From an uncultured Verrucomicrobiae bacterium (lineage in GTDB: Bacteria > Verrucomicrobiota > Verrucomicrobiia > Chthoniobacterales > JAFAMB01): DNA of 64,000 bases. The DNA lies in assembly GCA_963782115.1 (NCBI GenBank), contig CAWAIK010000005.1:1-64000 (forward strand), in the 5' to 3' direction. A program made the translations under genes and the position numbers. The notes under the pieces are model-generated. The model was not told the DNA's origin. It saw only the letters and a program-made list of their open reading frames with translations, and ran no database searches. Below, piece by piece: positions 21,328 through 31,737 of the stretch (position 1 is its first letter; every line of letters starts with the position of its first letter).

Positions 21328-22027
21328 TAGAGCGTGTCGCTCCAGAAACTCTATGTGATCGGACGATATCAAAAGATATCCTACTTATTGGTTCTCACCT
21401 GTAGCTACGGGCAGCATGATAAATCCAGCCACTGTAATAAACGGGATTATGCGGGATTCATCCATTATTTTGCATATATCTATACGACTTACATACCAAC
21501 CTTTGAGGCGGACTCTACTAACAACGTTAATGAGGATTTATTTGACTTTCGTCTTCAATTTTATTGCGAAGAGCACGCTTTCTGATATAAGTTAAAGCGT
21601 CGCGTGGTAGTACAATGCGCGAATACTTCGCGCTCAGAGGCGAAAGGCGAAGCCCCCAAAAGTTGACTGCCTATTTAGAGAAATCCGGAAAAGGGGATCC
21701 AAATGTCTTCTGCTTCGATTGGCCTCAATGTTGAGACCAGTGACATTTATCGGATACGAGCCAGAAAGATACCCGCTGTGGCAATAAATGGTTCAGTTAC
21801 TGGGCGTAGACCGGAGTAAACAAAAGCCAGCTTAGAAAGAAACACACGTTCTCGCGATTCGCGTTTGAACGAAAGTAAAATCCACCTCAGATCCACGTGC
21901 AGGAGGAGTAATTGATCGTGCGCGGAACGGGCTTCCGCCAACCTGCGGATAGCTCTGCGACATTTTGCCTCTCCGTCGCGATCCGACCAACTACTTCGCT
22001 CACCGCAGAGCAAAAGGAGTAAACAAT

Positions 22028-23884
22028 ATGCCTCGAGTCAAATCGATCACCCTATCCATTATTTGCGGAGCGGTCCTAGGGGCGTCGATCGTCTGTTCGA
22101 CCGCTTTCTCGCAACCCCTCAACGCGGGGCCCACCCCGCCACCCACCCCGGGCCCCACCCCGATTCCAAACTCGTTCCCCACCCCCACTCCGAACCCGAT
22201 TCCATTTGCTTCGCCGTCGCCGTCGCCGGCGCCCGGTGTCCAACCGGGAGATGTGGCAATACCAATCCCGGTACTCAATATGGCACAGTACCTCCCGGGT
22301 GGAGCGCATGAGGATATCGACGTGGCTACCCGTCTCCTCCCAACCATTCAGATGGAATTCAATCAGGCCCTGGCCCAGTTGGAAACCGCGACATCTGGCG
22401 CTCCTGGGTTTGGCCTTGCTCAGGTGACACAAGCACTTGGTAAGGCGCTCATCTACGACCAAAGCCTCTCGGTTAACAACAACTTAGCTTGCGCGACTTG
22501 CCACATTCCATACGCGGGTTTCACCGGGGGCTCGAGTTTTTTCAACGCAACTACCTCGGCTCTCCCTGGATCAGTTCCGATCACCAACGCCGCCGGTCAA
22601 GGGCCGGACGAACGAATAAGTAGTCGAAGACCGCAAACTTACGCCTACGCACCTTTTTCTCCTGTCCTTCACTACAACAATACCCAGAACGATTTCTACG
22701 GTGGCAACTTCTGGGATATGCGAGCGGGAGGAATCCGCTTGGAGAATCCTGCTGCCGAGCAGGCGCAAGGACCTCCGACTAATCCAGTGGAGATGGGAAA
22801 TCTTGATATTGCTACTTACGTGTACAAAATCTCCATAAGTCAGGAAGCGCCATTTTTTGAAGCCTTCTGGGGTAAGGGATCGCTGAGTTCTATTCATTTT
22901 CCACCCAACATCGCGACATTGGCGGCGATACCCGGCGGAGCACCGAATAATCCGTCGGCTCTTGCTATGATGAGTCAGGCGGACCAAAACCTTGTGATTT
23001 CCGCCTTTGATCATGCCGCACAGTCAACAGCTGCATACGAGGCTGGGCCGGAGGTTAGTCCGTTCAGTTCGAAATTCGATTTCGCCATCGCTAACCCTAC
23101 CTTAACGGTGTTAACCGCGGACGAGTTGGCGGGTTGGAATCTGTTCCGAGGTAAAGGTCACTGCAATACCTGCCATGTGGACGGAACCGAAAGTTCCACG
23201 ACCCCGATCACACCAGCAGATCTGGCATGTGTAGCGCCTTTGTTTACCGACTTCACCTCGACTAACATTGGTACGCCGCAGAATTATGCTCTGCCGTTTT
23301 TGTTCGAGAATCACCCGGACCAGTTCGGGTATGTCGCGAACGCAGCGGGCCTTATGTATCTCGATCTTGGAGTTGGCGGTTTCCTGGCCAACGTGAGTCT
23401 CGCCGTGACGATTGGTGAGAAATCCGGTCCGGGCATAGGCACCGGGCAGAACCCAAACCCGGCCTGGGCGGTACTGGCACCCAATTTCAACGGCAAAGTC
23501 CAGACTCCGACCTGTCGCAACGTAGACCTGCGGCCGTATGCAGGTTTCGTAAAGGCGTACGCGCATAATGGCTACTTCAAGAGTCTGAAGGCCCTTGTCC
23601 ACTTCTATAATACGCGCGATACGCTGAACGGAGGTGTGCATAAACCAGCCGGCGAACCGGGAGAGGGGATCACCTACTGGCCTTTTCCAGAAGTTAATGC
23701 AAACGTCGACCAGACGATTGGCAACCTTGGCTTGACCGACGCCGAGGAGAACCAGATCGTTCTTTTCCTGCAGACCTTATCGGACGGGTTTTTTGTGCCC
23801 CCTGTTAAGTTCAACGAAAAACGGCCGGTTCAGACGACTGATCACATTCGGCAACAGAGCAACGTTACTTCCACTCAACGATAG
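22028..23884 (+). CDS. Di-heme cytochrome c peroxidase/MauG-family protein 2
   Basis: RBS aggag, signal peptide, Pro/Thr linker, CATCH and CNTCH, NFWDMR, YAHNG, LVHFYNTRD. Confidence 0.92.
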   Translation: MPRVKSITLSIICGAVLGASIVCSTAFSQPLNAGPTPPPTPGPTPIPNSFPTPTPNPIPFASPSPSPAPGVQPGDVAIPIPVLNMAQYLPGGAHEDIDVATRLLPTIQMEFNQALAQLETATSGAPGFGLAQVTQALGKALIYDQSLSVNNNLACATCHIPYAGFTGGSSFFNATTSALPGSVPITNAAGQGPDERISSRRPQTYAYAPFSPVLHYNNTQNDFYGGNFWDMRAGGIRLENPAAEQAQGPPTNPVEMGNLDIATYVYKISISQEAPFFEAFWGKGSLSSIHFPPNIATLAAIPGGAPNNPSALAMMSQADQNLVISAFDHAAQSTAAYEAGPEVSPFSSKFDFAIANPTLTVLTADELAGWNLFRGKGHCNTCHVDGTESSTTPITPADLACVAPLFTDFTSTNIGTPQNYALPFLFENHPDQFGYVANAAGLMYLDLGVGGFLANVSLAVTIGEKSGPGIGTGQNPNPAWAVLAPNFNGKVQTPTCRNVDLRPYAGFVKAYAHNGYFKSLKALVHFYNTRDTLNGGVHKPAGEPGEGITYWPFPEVNANVDQTIGNLGLTDAEENQIVLFLQTLSDGFFVPPVKFNEKRPVQTTDHIRQQSNVTSTQR

Positions 23885-23987
23885 TCATATGGCAGGGCGG
23901 CCTGTTTCCTCCGTTCCGCCGACGCGGAGCTAAGCGGAGAGGCAGCTCGCTTTCCTGCACGTTGTCCGTTAGCATTAACTTTGAAAT

Positions 23988-24132
23988 GTAGGCGAGTCGT
24001 ATTCGTTTTGCATCTTTTCAGAGCCGTGCAAACCGAGACGTTCGCCTACCTTGTGAGGCCTCTGCGAGCGATGTAGGCGAAGTGTCCTCGCTTTGTTTCT
24101 CCGGGAGGGCAAAGCGAGGACGCTTCGCCTAC
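23988..24132. repeat. Two tandem GTAG-REP hairpins
   Basis: gtaggcgag...ttcgcctac (23988..24049) and gtaggcgaagtgtcctcgctttg...caaagcgaggacgcttcgcctac (24073..24132). Confidence 0.75.
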
Positions 24133-24135
24133 GCC

Positions 24136-24199
24136 GCCTTGCCGGCGGCCCCTTTTGAACGCAACGACATCATCATTATATGCGAGACGGTAACACTAG
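24136..24199. mobile_element. Solo end (type B) of MITE family 1
   Basis: gccttgccggcggccccttttgaacgcaacgacatcatcattatatgcgagacggtaacactag matches the reverse complement of 20989..21051. Confidence 0.8.
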
Positions 24200-24250
24200 C
24201 TGTCAATTAGTCAGCAAACGACCGCGCCTTAAAGCTGCCAAGATCACCCA

Positions 24251-25402
24251 ATGACCGATAACATTATTCACTGGGTGAAACCTCTCACCTCGCTCAAGCT
24301 AACTGTGTTCTGCTTAGGGTGTGCGATGGTTCTGGTCTTCCTCGGTACCCTGGATCAGGTGAATATTGGTGTTTACGAGGCGGAAAACCGATATTTCAAA
24401 AGCTTCTTTCTCTACTTTACACCGCCTGGAACTGCCCTAAAGATTCCGTGGTTTCCCAGCGGCTATCTGGTTGGCGGGCTGCTTTTAGTGAATCTGATCG
24501 CGGCACACCTGGCACGATTCAAATTCACTTGGAAAAAAGCGGGCCTCCTCGTCCTTCACACTGGAGTGATTCTGTTGCTGCTCGGCCAATTGTTTACCAG
24601 TCTGTTCCAAGTGGAAAGTCAGATGCGCCTCGATCAGGGAGAGACGAAAAACTATTCGCTGAGCTATTATCACAATGAACTTGCCGTGATTGATACCAGC
24701 GCTCCAGATTTCGATCAGGTAGTTTCCATTCCGGATTCACAACTGTACAAAGGCCACAAAATTGGTCTGCCGGTGGATTCTCTAGAGGTTGGTATCGACG
24801 AATATTTTATCAACTCTGCCTTGTTCCGCCCGGATCAACTGCCGTCCTCCAACTATCCACATCTACAGATCGGTCCGATGGCTGTATCGGTCCAAACAGA
24901 ACGGACCTACAAAGAGAACGAACGTAACATGCCAACTGCTGCCGTATCGGTCTGGCAAGGCGAAAGACACGTCGGCTCCTGGAGTCTCGCCGCCGGCTTT
25001 CCCCGGCCGGTAAGTTTTCAGACCGGCGGAAAGACTTATCAAATCGTGCTGCAACCCAAACGCTTCTATAAACCTTTTGCGATTCAGCTCGTTCAGTTTA
25101 GCCACGATCGTTACGCGGGGACTGATATTCCCAAGAACTTCTCGAGCCGAATTCGACTGCTGGATCCTTCCCGCCACGAAGATCGGGAAACGCTGATCTA
25201 CATGAATCACCCGTTGCGCTACCAGGGCATGACCTTCTACCAATCTGGCTTTGATAACAACGATATGACGACCATCCTCCAAGTGGTGCAGAATCCCAGC
25301 TGGCTGATACCGTATATCTCATGTGCGCTAATCGCCTTGGGCATGGTCCTTCAATTTGGGATGCATCTAACCAGCTTTGTGAGACGCCGGGTGATTTCGT
25401 GA
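24251..25402 (+). CDS. resB: Cytochrome c biogenesis System II ResB/CcsB-like protein
   Basis: Three N-terminal TMs with His (LVLHTG), MNHPLRYQGMTFYQSGF, C-terminal TM. Confidence 0.85.
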   Translation: MTDNIIHWVKPLTSLKLTVFCLGCAMVLVFLGTLDQVNIGVYEAENRYFKSFFLYFTPPGTALKIPWFPSGYLVGGLLLVNLIAAHLARFKFTWKKAGLLVLHTGVILLLLGQLFTSLFQVESQMRLDQGETKNYSLSYYHNELAVIDTSAPDFDQVVSIPDSQLYKGHKIGLPVDSLEVGIDEYFINSALFRPDQLPSSNYPHLQIGPMAVSVQTERTYKENERNMPTAAVSVWQGERHVGSWSLAAGFPRPVSFQTGGKTYQIVLQPKRFYKPFAIQLVQFSHDRYAGTDIPKNFSSRIRLLDPSRHEDRETLIYMNHPLRYQGMTFYQSGFDNNDMTTILQVVQNPSWLIPYISCALIALGMVLQFGMHLTSFVRRRVIS

Positions 25403-27306
25403 AGAAGTCTATTCCTTGGCTCATTAGTCTGGTGCTGGTGATCTGGGTGATCTCGAAGATGATGCCCCAAAAACAGGCTCCTGGGTTGGATATCGACGGC
25501 TTTAGCCGACTTCCGGTTCTGGTCGGTGGCCGGGTAATGCCAATGGATACACTGGCCCGCATGTCGCTTTCGGTAATGAATCACCACGGAACCTTCACTG
25601 TTGATGGCAAAGTAGAGCCCGCCAGTCGATGGTTGCTTGATGTATTCATGATGCCCGGGCGTGCGGATGCCGCAAAGGTTTTTGAAGTGACCAATCCCGA
25701 TATTCTAGGGCTTTTCGGCCGGCAGGAAGCCAACGGGAAACCCGTCTCTTATTCTTATAACGACTGCGAGCCATTCCTCGGCGAGATTGGCAAACAATCC
25801 GGATTAGCGACGCAAACGGAAGCTCAAGCCCGGAACGCATTCCAGCGCGGGATTATTAAACTCCGAGACGCTTTGCGGATTTACCTTCTATTGAAGAACA
25901 GTATTCAGGCGGAGGATTCGCCCGATTTCGCAAGAGAATTGCAGGCTTTCGATCAGGTGCTTCAACCAGGTGTGCAAGCCGTTCGGGATCGAGAGGCAAA
26001 CCGGCCCTTTAACCAACAGGACTTATTGCGTCTCGTCTGGTTCACCAAACGCTACCAGATCCTCAATAAGGCCAGATATGTGTACGCTGTTCCGAATCCG
26101 AATGGTAGGACCGACAGCGACCGCTGGTGGCACATGTCCGACGCACTTCTTAATGCCGTCGCGGCGGGCAAAGTGTCGTATCCAGCTTTCATGTATGCCG
26201 ATCTGATCTCCGCTTACCGCAGCGATAATGTGGCCGGATTCAACCGGATCATCCAGGAATATAATCAGTACCTTGACAGAACGATTCCGGAGCAATCGTC
26301 GCGACCTCGGCTCGAGTACTTGTTCAACCGGGCGCAACCGTTCCTTCAGGCAATGGTTCTGTACGTCATCGTCCTTGTATTCGCCCTTCTCTCGTGGTTG
26401 AAATGGCCGAAAACACTCGGCAAGACTGCCGTTATTCTGCTCGTTTGCGCGTTCCTCCTGCATACGGTCGGGCTTTTGGTTCGCATGTATTTGCAAGGAC
26501 GACCTCCCGTTACCAATCTGTATAGTTCAGCGCTCTTTGTCGGCTGGGGTTCGGTTCTTCTCTGTCTTTTTCTCGAGCGTTTTTACAAGAACGGGATTGG
26601 GAGCGTATGCGCTTCAACCATCGGTTTTGTCACCCTATTGATCGCCCACAACTTGCAGTTGGATGGCGATTCGCTTGAAATGCTTCGAGCGGTGTTAGAC
26701 ACCAATGTATGGTTAGCGACTCATGTGGTCATGGTGACCCTTGGTTACTCATCGGTGGCCTTGGCCGGTTTCCTGGGCATTATCTATATCTTCCGCGGCC
26801 TTTTTACCACCTCGTTCGACGAAACGACAGCGAGGTCACTCAGTCGAATGATGTACGGAATCATTTGCTTTGCTACCTTGTTCAGCTTCGTTGGAACCAT
26901 TCTCGGCGGAATCTGGGCCGATCAATCTTGGGGACGATTCTGGGGATGGGATCCGAAGGAGAACGGCGCGCTTCTTATCGTAATGTGGAACGCCATCATT
27001 CTTCACTCCCGCTGGGGTGGCTTGATTCGCGAACGTGGACTTGCGGTGATGAGTGTTTTTGGCAACATCGTGTTCAGTCTTTCCTGGTTCGGAGTTAATA
27101 TGCTTGGCGTCGGCCTGCATTCCTATGGTTTTATGGATCGGGCGTTCGGCACTCTAATGGCTTTCATCGCCAGCCAACTGGTCGTGATGGCTCTGGGGAT
27201 GCTTCCCCTAAAACATTGGCGCGGGATTCAAACGCGAGGGAAACAAGTGTCCGCGGGCAATTCAGAGCCGTTACTGGCGCGTAGCGCAGCGGCGAAGCAA
27301 GGATAG
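25399..27306 (+). CDS. ccsA: Cytochrome c biogenesis System II CcsA/ResC
   Basis: GRPPVTNLY, WLATHV, WWD domain WADQSWGRFWGWDPKE, GLHSYG; GTG overlaps the resB stop (GTGA). Confidence 0.92.
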   Translation: MKKSIPWLISLVLVIWVISKMMPQKQAPGLDIDGFSRLPVLVGGRVMPMDTLARMSLSVMNHHGTFTVDGKVEPASRWLLDVFMMPGRADAAKVFEVTNPDILGLFGRQEANGKPVSYSYNDCEPFLGEIGKQSGLATQTEAQARNAFQRGIIKLRDALRIYLLLKNSIQAEDSPDFARELQAFDQVLQPGVQAVRDREANRPFNQQDLLRLVWFTKRYQILNKARYVYAVPNPNGRTDSDRWWHMSDALLNAVAAGKVSYPAFMYADLISAYRSDNVAGFNRIIQEYNQYLDRTIPEQSSRPRLEYLFNRAQPFLQAMVLYVIVLVFALLSWLKWPKTLGKTAVILLVCAFLLHTVGLLVRMYLQGRPPVTNLYSSALFVGWGSVLLCLFLERFYKNGIGSVCASTIGFVTLLIAHNLQLDGDSLEMLRAVLDTNVWLATHVVMVTLGYSSVALAGFLGIIYIFRGLFTTSFDETTARSLSRMMYGIICFATLFSFVGTILGGIWADQSWGRFWGWDPKENGALLIVMWNAIILHSRWGGLIRERGLAVMSVFGNIVFSLSWFGVNMLGVGLHSYGFMDRAFGTLMAFIASQLVVMALGMLPLKHWRGIQTRGKQVSAGNSEPLLARSAAAKQG

Positions 27307-27327
27307 GTAATCGGGACCGTCGAAGGA

Positions 27328-27458
27328 ATTGTCTTTGTGATCTTCTGTGTAAATGATTTTTCTTCGTTCCCCCGGCGCTAAGACAGAAAAAAAGCAAAAG
27401 TCATTTTTTGAACAGAAGATCGCAAAGATCACAAAGAGTACTGTCTTTAAGAGCATCG
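27328..27458. repeat. About 130-bp dispersed repeat with 9-nt-period units; inverted copy at 60135..60273
   Basis: ctttgtgatcttctgt...aacagaagatcgcaaagatcacaaag shared by both copies. Confidence 0.8.
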
Positions 27459-27547
27459 GTTTCGCAACCGGCGGTTACCGGGCAGATCCGAAGACGGGAG
27501 CCGACCTGAAAAAACACTGTTCATCCGCTCAGCTCACGGCGCCCCGC

Positions 27548-28318
27548 TCACTGGAGTTTCACCAGCGTCTCCCGTCCGCGACGCTTGATCTCGGGATCAT
27601 CTTTCTCTAAGTCCGGCATCGCCAGCCCCTTGGTAATCAAACGGCGCGCCTCGGCGGTTCTTCCCATCTGAGCGTAGGTTTGTCCCAGTTCGATGTAATG
27701 CATGAGGCGGTTGGGGTTGATTTCGATGGCTTTCTGAAAGCACAACACCGCCTCTGCGTTCGATCCTGTCGGCAGTTCGCCGTATAAGAGCGACCCAACT
27801 GCTCGCTTGAGTCCATTTACATCGGCAAGCACCTTGTTCCATCGACCTAACACGTCCCAGGCCAGATCGTTGTGCGGATCGAGTTTAATCGCCTTATCTA
27901 CCGCGTCCTTGATGCGGCGCCCGGACTCGATCTGCTCCTTCATTCCCTGGAGCGGTACCATTTTTCCGTAGCTGATCGCGGGAGAGAGTTGCGCCTCAGA
28001 GTCATTTGGCGCGAGCGCCGCCGCCCGCTGCGCATAATCCAAGCCAATGCTTCCGAGCCTGAGCTTCTCCTCGCGTGTCGTGGCATCGACCATTAAGTGT
28101 CGATACTGCCTTGCGATGCGACACAGAAGACTCGCGTTCTTCGGCTCCAGCTTTTCCGCCGCCAAATAAAAATCAAGAGCCTCAGAGGCCTGTAATTTTA
28201 GATCGAGATCATCGCCGTTCTTTATAAGGTCATCGGCAGGTCCAGCCCACATCGTCGCGCAAGTCAGCAACAACGCCACGGTTGCCGAAAATGCATTGAC
28301 GGAAAATGAGGCACTCAT
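27548..28318 (-). CDS. Exported TPR-repeat protein
   Basis: Signal peptide; repeated helical units ending KLEPKN, ALAPND, KLDPHN, EINPN. Confidence 0.85.
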   Translation of the reverse strand: MSASFSVNAFSATVALLLTCATMWAGPADDLIKNGDDLDLKLQASEALDFYLAAEKLEPKNASLLCRIARQYRHLMVDATTREEKLRLGSIGLDYAQRAAALAPNDSEAQLSPAISYGKMVPLQGMKEQIESGRRIKDAVDKAIKLDPHNDLAWDVLGRWNKVLADVNGLKRAVGSLLYGELPTGSNAEAVLCFQKAIEINPNRLMHYIELGQTYAQMGRTAEARRLITKGLAMPDLEKDDPEIKRRGRETLVKLQ

Positions 28319-28452
28319 GCTATCGTGCGACGAGCACCTTTCGGTTGCTTAAAAGCTCGCTCAGGCAAACAAAACATTCCGTCACTCCCTGGGGTAGGAT
28401 AACGCTTGTAATTTTTTTTTGAGAATGTTCGGTCCATTGTGCGGATGTCAAC

Positions 28453-29229
28453 TCAGGAAGCTCTCTGAACCTGTCCGGGATGGCTTCCGGCCTTTTGCGG
28501 CAGGAACAAGATGCAGGCAATAATGAGAGCCGCCAGAATGCCGGAGGCAGTGTAGCGGCTGAAGGCAAAGCCGCCATGGTCAACCGGCTTGTCAAGCAGA
28601 TCGCCCAAAGTGGCACCGAGCGGTCGGGTGAGGATAAAAGCGGCCCAGAAGAGCACAGTGCGCGAAACGCGCGTAAAGAAATAGCCGGCGGCTACCAGCG
28701 CCAGCCCTGCCCCGAATACGAGCGCCCCGCCTTCATAGCCAAGCCGGTTCGTGTCGGCCATCCAGTCGCCCAGCGCCGTTCCCAAGGTCTGGGAGAACAG
28801 GATCGTTCCCCAATAGAACATCTCGACCTTGGGCGACGTGATGGTCTCCACCGAAACGGAGCCCGCAGACTTATACCAGATACCGAGCGACGCCAGCAGA
28901 AGGATGAACAAGAGCGAAGAGCCCCCGGCATAACCAATGCCGAGCGAGCGGTCCGCGAAATCCGCCAAGGTCGTGCCCAGTGTCGTGGTCGCAACAATAA
29001 CAGCCCAGTACAGGAAGGGGTGAAACGACTTGGCGGTGACCTGTGCTGCGACGACTATGGCAAAGATACCAATGAAAATGATGCTGGCGGTGACATAGCC
29101 CAGATTCATCGACATTGACACGGCATCGCCGCCGGTCTCGCCAAGCGTCGTCGCAAGAATCTTAATCACCCAAAAGGTCAGAGTGACCGCGGGCACCTTA
29201 CTCACATCGTTTTTTGCACTTTGGTTCAT
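28453..29229 (-). CDS. COG4705/DUF347-repeat membrane protein
   Basis: SKVPAVTLTFWVIKILATTLGETGGD, SQTLGTALGD, TRPLGATLGD. Confidence 0.88.
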   Translation of the reverse strand: MNQSAKNDVSKVPAVTLTFWVIKILATTLGETGGDAVSMSMNLGYVTASIIFIGIFAIVVAAQVTAKSFHPFLYWAVIVATTTLGTTLADFADRSLGIGYAGGSSLLFILLLASLGIWYKSAGSVSVETITSPKVEMFYWGTILFSQTLGTALGDWMADTNRLGYEGGALVFGAGLALVAAGYFFTRVSRTVLFWAAFILTRPLGATLGDLLDKPVDHGGFAFSRYTASGILAALIIACILFLPQKAGSHPGQVQRAS

Positions 29230-29443
29230 AAATTGAAATATAGCCAGGCCAGGGGCGGCATAGGCCTTTTCCTGATGCTGGAAATTCATCGACGTTGATG
29301 ACAAAACGGACCTCACTTCGATTACTATTTTGTCATTCAAGCATTCATGGACCGCAGCGGATATTTTCGGAGCCAACAATCAGAGCCGGGATCTTCCGAG
29401 CCAGGAACAAACGCGGTTTGCTGTGTGGCTCCGGCTGGTTCGT

Positions 29444-30700
29444 TCATCGCTCCGGCTGTTCCAAATTAGGAAGAAAGCCGGTCAGCAGCCCAATCAGAGG
29501 GAGAAAAGAGCAGACCCAGTACACATATTCGATGCTGGTGCGATCGGCCAGTTGGCCAAAGACCGCCGATCCAATGCCGGCGATTCCAAAAGCGAAGCCA
29601 AAGAAAAGTCCGGATATCAGTCCTACTTTACCAGGAACCAATTCTTGGGCGTAAACCAGGATGGCAGGGAATGCTGATGACAAGATTATTCCGATCAGAA
29701 CAGAGAGCACTATCGTCCAGCCAAGATTGACATACGGCAAGAGCAACGTGAGCGGCGCGACCCCTAAGATCGAGACCCATATTACGTATTTGCGTCCGAA
29801 TCGATCGCCGATAGGTCCGCCGAGGATGGTTCCGGCGGCGACGGAAAACAGGAACAGAAATAGAAGCAGTTGCGCGTGCTGTACCCCGACATGGAATTTC
29901 GATATGAGATAAAACGTAAAATAGCTCCGCATACTCTCGAGATAGAAGAATTTCGAGAAAATCAAGCTAATGAGGATAAAGAGAGCCCATCGAATTTGCG
30001 CCGGAGGAAGATCGCTATGGCTGACCGGGCGCCTGATGTGCTTGTGAGCTCGTGGAAGATTTTGCCGGTACCAACGGCCCACGTTGTACAGCACAATGAT
30101 TCCGACCAGTGCGACCAGTGTGAACCAGATGACATTGCTCCTGGCCCGCGCGCCAATGACCAGCGCCGCCAGTAGCGGTCCCAAAGATTGGCCGGCATTG
30201 CCTCCGACTTGGAAAAGTGATTGGGCGAAACCATATCGGCCGCCGGAGGCGAGTCGAGCCAGGCGAGAAGCTTCTGGGTGAAAAATAGAAGAGCCCAACC
30301 CTACCGAAGCTGCGGCCACCAGGATCATTGGGTAGCTATTCGCGGAAGCAAGCAGAACCAAGCCGACCAGGGAAAACGCCATCCCGATAGCCAAGGAAAA
30401 TGGCTGCGGTCGGCGGTCGGTATACAGGCCCACGAGAGGCTGTAGCAACGAAGCAGTCACCTGGAAAGTAAGTGTAATCAGACCGATTTGGGCGAAGCTG
30501 AGTTGAAACGAATCTCTGAGCAGCGGATAAATCGCCGGAATCAGCGATTGAATAGTGTCATTGAGAAGATGCGAGAAGCTGGCTGCCACCAAAATAAGTA
30601 GAACCGCTTCGCTTCCTGCTGGTGTTGCGGTTGATTCGTTCAGATTCCGTCCTGTTTCTGGGGCCATTGGTGTAAGGAGAAACTGAGAATCGTGTTCCAT
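29444..30700 (-). CDS. fsr: MFS transporter, fosmidomycin-resistance (Fsr) family
   Basis: SHLLND, SSIFHPEASRLAR, GFAQSLFQVGGN, GGPIGDRFGRK. Confidence 0.85.
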   Translation of the reverse strand: MEHDSQFLLTPMAPETGRNLNESTATPAGSEAVLLILVAASFSHLLNDTIQSLIPAIYPLLRDSFQLSFAQIGLITLTFQVTASLLQPLVGLYTDRRPQPFSLAIGMAFSLVGLVLLASANSYPMILVAAASVGLGSSIFHPEASRLARLASGGRYGFAQSLFQVGGNAGQSLGPLLAALVIGARARSNVIWFTLVALVGIIVLYNVGRWYRQNLPRAHKHIRRPVSHSDLPPAQIRWALFILISLIFSKFFYLESMRSYFTFYLISKFHVGVQHAQLLLFLFLFSVAAGTILGGPIGDRFGRKYVIWVSILGVAPLTLLLPYVNLGWTIVLSVLIGIILSSAFPAILVYAQELVPGKVGLISGLFFGFAFGIAGIGSAVFGQLADRTSIEYVYWVCSFLPLIGLLTGFLPNLEQPER

Positions 30701-30741
30701 TACGGGGCCAGCCTATCAGATGCACGACGCCTCGGCCTTTC

Positions 30742-31737
30742 CTAGCCTCGGTTTGAAATGCTCTCCTGTGTTGGCGTTTCTTTCTTATTCAGCGCCCGAC
30801 GCAATTTCGCCAAGGCGATATTCTGGAGCTGACGGATTCGTTCTCGCGTAACCCGAAACTTCTTGCCCACTTCTTCGAGGGTCTTCGGTTTCCCACCATC
30901 TAGTCCGAACCGCTGGAAGATTATCTTGCGCTCCCGGCCGTCGAGGGCCTCAAGCAAGTCGCTCATCTCGTCGCGCAGGTTTTTGTCTCTGAGCAACTCG
31001 AACGGCGTTTGAGCACCTTCATCCCCAACAATTTCACCAAATTCAGTCGAATCGCCATCGCTGATTGGGGCGTCCAACGAAGCGGGCCGAATCGAGACCG
31101 TCTTTAATTGAGAGACTTTGCGACTGGAAATACCGATCTCTTCCGCCAACTCGTCATCGGCCGGTTCACGGCCCAGTTCTTCACTCATCTGCAAAGAAAC
31201 CCGGCGCATTTTGGAAATCTTGTCCACCAAGTGAACCGGAAGGCGAATGGTTTTACTCTGATTGGCCAAAGCCCGCTTGATCGCCTGTTTGATCCACCAG
31301 GCCGCGTAGGTGCTCAGCTTTCCGCCCTTTGCCGGATCGAATCGCTCGACTGCCTTCATCAAACCGATATTGCCTTCCGATACTAAATCCAACAAAGGCA
31401 AACCCAAATTGGCGTAATCGTGAGCAATTTTAACGACGAGACGGAGATTGGCTTTGATCATCAGCGCTCGCGCTTCTCGGTCGCCTTTTTTAATGAGCGC
31501 GGCCAGATCAATCTCTTCTTGGGGGGTTAGCAGCGGGATCTGCCCGATTTCCCGAAGGTAAATTTTGATGCCCGTATCTAAATCTTCACCAGCCATACCG
31601 GTACCGCTCTTCCCGAACCCGAACACATTGCGGCCGGTTGGAGCGTTCCTTTCTTTAAAATGAAGCCTTTGTAAACATTGTTCGCTAAATCCGACGATGC
31701 TCAGGGTTGTTTTAGGATTAATATTTAATTTCTGCAA
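30742..31737 (-). CDS. Alternative sigma-70 factor (RpoD/RpoS-like, no region 1.1)
   Basis: YLREIG (1.2), ANLRLVVKIA, STYAAWWIKQAI (2.3/2.4), TLEEVG...VTRERIRQ (4.2); alternative ATG start at MAGEDLD. Confidence 0.93.
   Translation of the reverse strand: MQKLNINPKTTLSIVGFSEQCLQRLHFKERNAPTGRNVFGFGKSGTGMAGEDLDTGIKIYLREIGQIPLLTPQEEIDLAALIKKGDREARALMIKANLRLVVKIAHDYANLGLPLLDLVSEGNIGLMKAVERFDPAKGGKLSTYAAWWIKQAIKRALANQSKTIRLPVHLVDKISKMRRVSLQMSEELGREPADDELAEEIGISSRKVSQLKTVSIRPASLDAPISDGDSTEFGEIVGDEGAQTPFELLRDKNLRDEMSDLLEALDGRERKIIFQRFGLDGGKPKTLEEVGKKFRVTRERIRQLQNIALAKLRRALNKKETPTQESISNRG

Noticed and set aside
20989..21372. Protein-coding ORFs ending ITIICETVH on both strands
   Set aside because: Artefact of the MITE terminal inverted repeats
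21590..21960. c-di-GMP or other riboswitch upstream of di-heme gene 2
   Set aside because: GAAA-containing stretches are present but no complete consensus could be matched by eye; needs Infernal
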